A stretch of 64,000 nt of DNA from the human T2T-CHM13v2.0 reference genome, Homo sapiens. Positions 56,643 to 64,000 of this stretch are shown here, piece after piece. The notes under the pieces were generated by a model, which saw only the letters and a program-made list of their open reading frames with translations, made no database searches and was not told where the DNA came from. The position numbers and the translations under genes were made by a program. The stretch is taken from assembly GCF_009914755.1 (NCBI RefSeq), contig NC_060936.1; one strand, written 5' to 3'. Position 1 is the first letter of the stretch; the number at the start of each line of letters is the position of its first letter.

Positions 56643-56672
<30 letters not shown>
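56643..56672. repeat. (GT)n microsatellite
   Basis: Seen directly. Confidence 0.95.
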
Positions 56673-56673
<1 letters not shown>

Positions 56674-57228
56674 GAAGAGAAAGGACTTATCAGTAGCTGA
56701 CAAGGCATGAAGTGATTGGTGAAACAAATATGAACTTGCTGAAAATCATTTTCAAGGATTTGAAGTCAGGTAACAATTATGCTGAGTCACCCTTGCTGGT
56801 GCTGGTGGGCCTTCAGGCTGTATCTTTCCTGAGGGAATTGGGAGAAGACAAGTGGGAACTGAGTCCCCTCATGGAAAGGGGAGCACGGAAGAGAAGTATC
56901 TCCTTTGGAAGAACAGAAAATGGTGAATAACAGGTGATTGCGTCTGTTACAGGTGACATCACTGGCCTCTGAACGGGCCTTTCACCTTTAGCTTCTGCCC
57001 ATCCTGCTTTTCGGAATGGCTTTTCATGACAACCTCAGTTCTCTTGTTCAAAAAACTTCAGGATCCATCATCCATGTTACGGTAAAAAAAATAGCCATTA
57101 AAGGTCAAATTGTAGAAGGATGATGCTTAATGAATGAGGAAATGTTCATGTTATATGGTTAAGTAAAATGTAGATTATGTTGGGTATGATCCAATTCTGT
57201 TAAAAATACAGGTCAAAATGATATATAA

Positions 57229-57985
<757 letters not shown>

Positions 57986-58896
57986 TGATATAGTCGTATG
58001 GTGGAAAATTATTCAGCAGTGAGAATAAATGAACTACACTATACAATATCGATATGGATTAATCTTAGTAATGTAAGGCTGAGTGACAAAAGGAGGTTTA
58101 GAAGACTGTAATGTGAAAAGATTTTTATAAAGTTCAAAAGCAGCAAGGAAAACTAACCTAACGTTGTTTAGGGAGAGAGATATATATCTATATATCTGTA
58201 TGTATATTAACATATAGTAAATCTATAAAGCAAAACAGGAAAAAAAATAGGTAGCAGGATGGTGGTTACCTCTGGGGGAAGTAAGAGCTTTTGGTGGAGA
58301 AGGACTCACCAGGAGCATCAATTATTTTGGTAACTTTCCAATTCTCAGATACATACATAGTTCTGTGGTCTTTAATCTAATGGGGTCTTGATGTTTTTGT
58401 CTACCAACATGTATGGACATTTTATATGACATAGCTATTAAGTACTTGCTTATCATGTTTGCTACACCTTCTATGTCCCAGAGAGAAGACACAATTGTGA
58501 CCAAGATAGTTATGATCTTTAATGTCAAATTAGTGGGAATAAGGAGTAAGACTGGAGAAGGGGGTATCAGAAGGGTACAGGGACCTAACTAAGAGGAGGT
58601 GATGACAATGATGACCTGGAGTAAGGAGAACATAGTGGAAATAATATCTCACATTTGTATAGTACTTTCTAGTTTACAGAAAACATTAAAAAACTGTTAT
58701 CTTATTTTGAAATGGAGAGAAAGAATGGATCCTAGAGACACTGCAAAGAAAGAATGAGTGGGACTTGGTGACTGATTATATAGAGTGATGGTGAGGAGAA
58801 ATGCCAGTGATCCAAAAGGACCAAGAGCATTTATCTTCTTCACTTTTGTAAACTGCCTAGTGTACATACATGAAAAACCCATTTTTTTGCTTCTAA

Positions 58897-59950
58897 TTTT
58901 TTTTTTTTTTTTTTGATATGGGGTTTCACTCTGTTGCCCAGGGTGGAATGCAGTGGTGTGATCATGGTTCAAGCAATTCCTCAGCCTCCCAAGTAGCTGG
59001 GACAATAGGTGCGCACCACCACACCCGGCTAATTTTTAATTTTTTTTTTTTAAAGATGGGGTCTCCCTATGTTGCCTAGGCTGGTCTTGAACTCCTGGGC
59101 TCAAGCACTTTGGGAGCCCAGCCTCCCAAAGTACTGTGATTATACAGGTGTGAGCCACTGTGCCTGGCCCTCTACTTCTTAAAAGAGAAAATAATCTGGG
59201 GTTAGGCTGAAACAGAAACTATCTGGCAAAATTCAGTAAACCCAGCCAGGAGAACATCTAATGTAACTTATATAACATTTATGTGACATTAACACCTTTT
59301 TACAAGTGTGAAATATTGACAAATCTATTGAAATAGATGGTTTTGACACTGTTGGGCTTTCATGTTCATCATGGTTCACATTTGCTCAGGGCAGAGAGAT
59401 ATTACAAGGCATCATTTGAATGAAAGAGACTTCTTTAATGTCAAGATCTTTATCTTGGGTGGGTAGGTTAGCGTTCAGAATTTATGTTTTTACAAAATAT
59501 GAGATTAAGGTATTTAAGGAACAAAAAAGGAATTGATTTGAGGACGAAATATTCCAAAGCATCAATATGATTGAGAATAATATACCTGGTCATATATTAA
59601 ATTCATGAATGAGTTTTCCAACCTCACTTTTTCTTTTTTTTTTCTTTTTTTTTGAGTCAAGGTCTGGCTCTGTCACCCAGGCTGCAGTACAGTGGTTTAA
59701 TCATTCCTCACTGCAGCCTTGAACTCCTGGGCTCAAGTGATCCTCCTGCCTCAGCCTCCCAGGTACCTGGGACTTCAGGCACGTGCCACCATGCCTGACT
59801 AAAAAATATATCTGTTTAAAAATATATGTTGTAGAGACAAGGGTCTTACTGTATTGCCCAGGCTGATCTCAAACTCCTGGGCTGAAGTGATGCTCCCTCC
59901 TTGGCCTCCAAAAGTGCTGGGATTACAGTCATGAGCCACCGTGCCTGGCC
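58897..59950 (-). mobile_element. Two AluJ-like elements (58897-59169, internally deleted; 59630-59950)
   Basis: Alu motifs. Confidence 0.88.
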
Positions 59951-60003
59951 AATTTTCTTTTCTTTTCCTTTTCCTTTCCTTTTCTTTTCTTTTCTTTTCT
60001 TTT

Positions 60004-61396
<1,393 letters not shown>

Positions 61397-62129
61397 TAAT
61401 CTATTGACTTGCCTGCCCTAAGACAAAGGCCGTTGTTTTGAGGTAGCCTTAGTTTACTTTCCAAGTTCCATCTGCTTTTCCACTGGAGTTCAGAGGTCTT
61501 TCATGGTCAGCCCATTCTGCCATCCATGACCTTTGATGGAGCCTGTTCTCAGCTCAAGGCAATCTCCAGAAACTGAAGAACATGACCTTTCTAAATGCAA
61601 GTAAGAATTCGTCAAAGAAACTTGTGCTGGTTAAAGCTTAAGATAACCGGATAGCCAATAAATTCAGAGATAGAGGCATGACTACTTGGGACAGGCTTTT
61701 AAGAAAACTGTGATTATATTTCTTTGGCAAAATTAAAACTTGATGGAAACTCAGGGAACATTTTGTCTAACCTAGATAATAAAAGCAAAGTCATATCTTT
61801 TCCTTGTTTAAATGACATGGGGGGGGCTGGGTTGGATGAGAGTGAACTGGGAGGACACAGAGATCTGTATTTGGAACATGAGAAAATGTGCTAGGCAATC
61901 TGAAACAATATTGATCATTACTCTTTTAGCTACATCTTATAAGTTGATTACTTTTTACAGAAATAGAATTTTGTCTAGACTATTGGATAAGCTCTAGGAA
62001 AAAAAGTTGATTTCCCACATGAATGCTTGGGATCATCAATTTTCATTTATGCTTTTGATCAAATACTATTTGGCTAATACATTCATAGGGTCCTCTAGTT
62101 TTCCCAACCTTTTTATCTATCCCGACTAA

Positions 62130-62565
62130 GAAATACAGAGTGCCTTGACCACTCTGTGACCTGGCCAGTTGCATGTTTTTTTGCAGGGTTAAGTCAGGTC
62201 CTTGAACATTCCCAGGCTCTGGTAAACATGTTTAGGTTGTTGTCCAGAACACTGAAAGAAACTAGCCCCAGCCCTTAACCAAACTCCTCAAACCCTCATA
62301 TAAACTCCATAACACAACCCCCTTATTGCAGACATAGCTAGGTGGAACATCTCTTTCGCTTGCTGTTGAGAGGATTCCTGCAGCCCCTTTTGTAAGTAAG
62401 TTCCCCTGATAAATACTTTAGACTAATTACCCTGGTGTTTAGTGCTTCTCTCTTTGGAATCTCAACCAGCCCCATCTCCAAATGGTTTACAGATAATCCT
62501 TCTTGGGAATTTCCCTGCTACAGACTTTGGGGCTCCAGTTTTGGTTTCGGCCTGGACAAAACAAC
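62130..62565 (+). mobile_element. Probable ERV1 solo LTR (MER66-like)
   Basis: TATA (catataaa ~62297), AATAAA (~62411) and resemblance to the recalled MER66 consensus. Confidence 0.5.
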
Positions 62566-62639
62566 ACTGCAGGAATAGTTTAAGGTATTTGCCTTTTGTG
62601 ATAGTGTCCATTATAATATTATTTTCTTATTACTATTAA

Positions 62640-64000
<1,361 letters not shown>

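Overview
Primate (very probably human) genomic DNA. It contains the complete HSD17B6 gene (17-beta-hydroxysteroid dehydrogenase 6 / RODH, an SDR-family enzyme) on the + strand: a likely non-coding exon 1 (~1255-1346) and four coding exons (11779-12091, 19908-20166, 22736-22899, 25009-25226) that join into 954 nt = 317 aa + stop. About 38 kb of repeat-rich intergenic DNA follows. Most of the rest is transposon-derived: dozens of Alus, L1/L2/MIR remnants, two full-length antisense SVAs, solo LTRs (LTR7-type, LTR16-type, THE1 x2, LTR10-type, MER65-like, LTR12C-type, LTR28/LTR1-like, LTR5A-type), a pol-deleted MER52-type provirus with a tRNA-Pro primer site, and a MER1A nested in MER2. No second protein-coding gene, RNA gene or CRISPR array is supported, and I found no new gene system. 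The most notable unexplained structures are: (i) two same-orientation SVAs 5.76 kb apart that bracket exons 4-5 and share private VNTR variants despite different ends and flanks; (ii) several short templated copies or fold-back scars, including one that rebuilds an empty LTR site; (iii) an apparently G-to-A hypermutated LTR10-type element; (iv) a candidate Alu-L1 chimera. Repeat subfamily names come from recalled consensus sequences and need RepeatMasker/Dfam confirmation.
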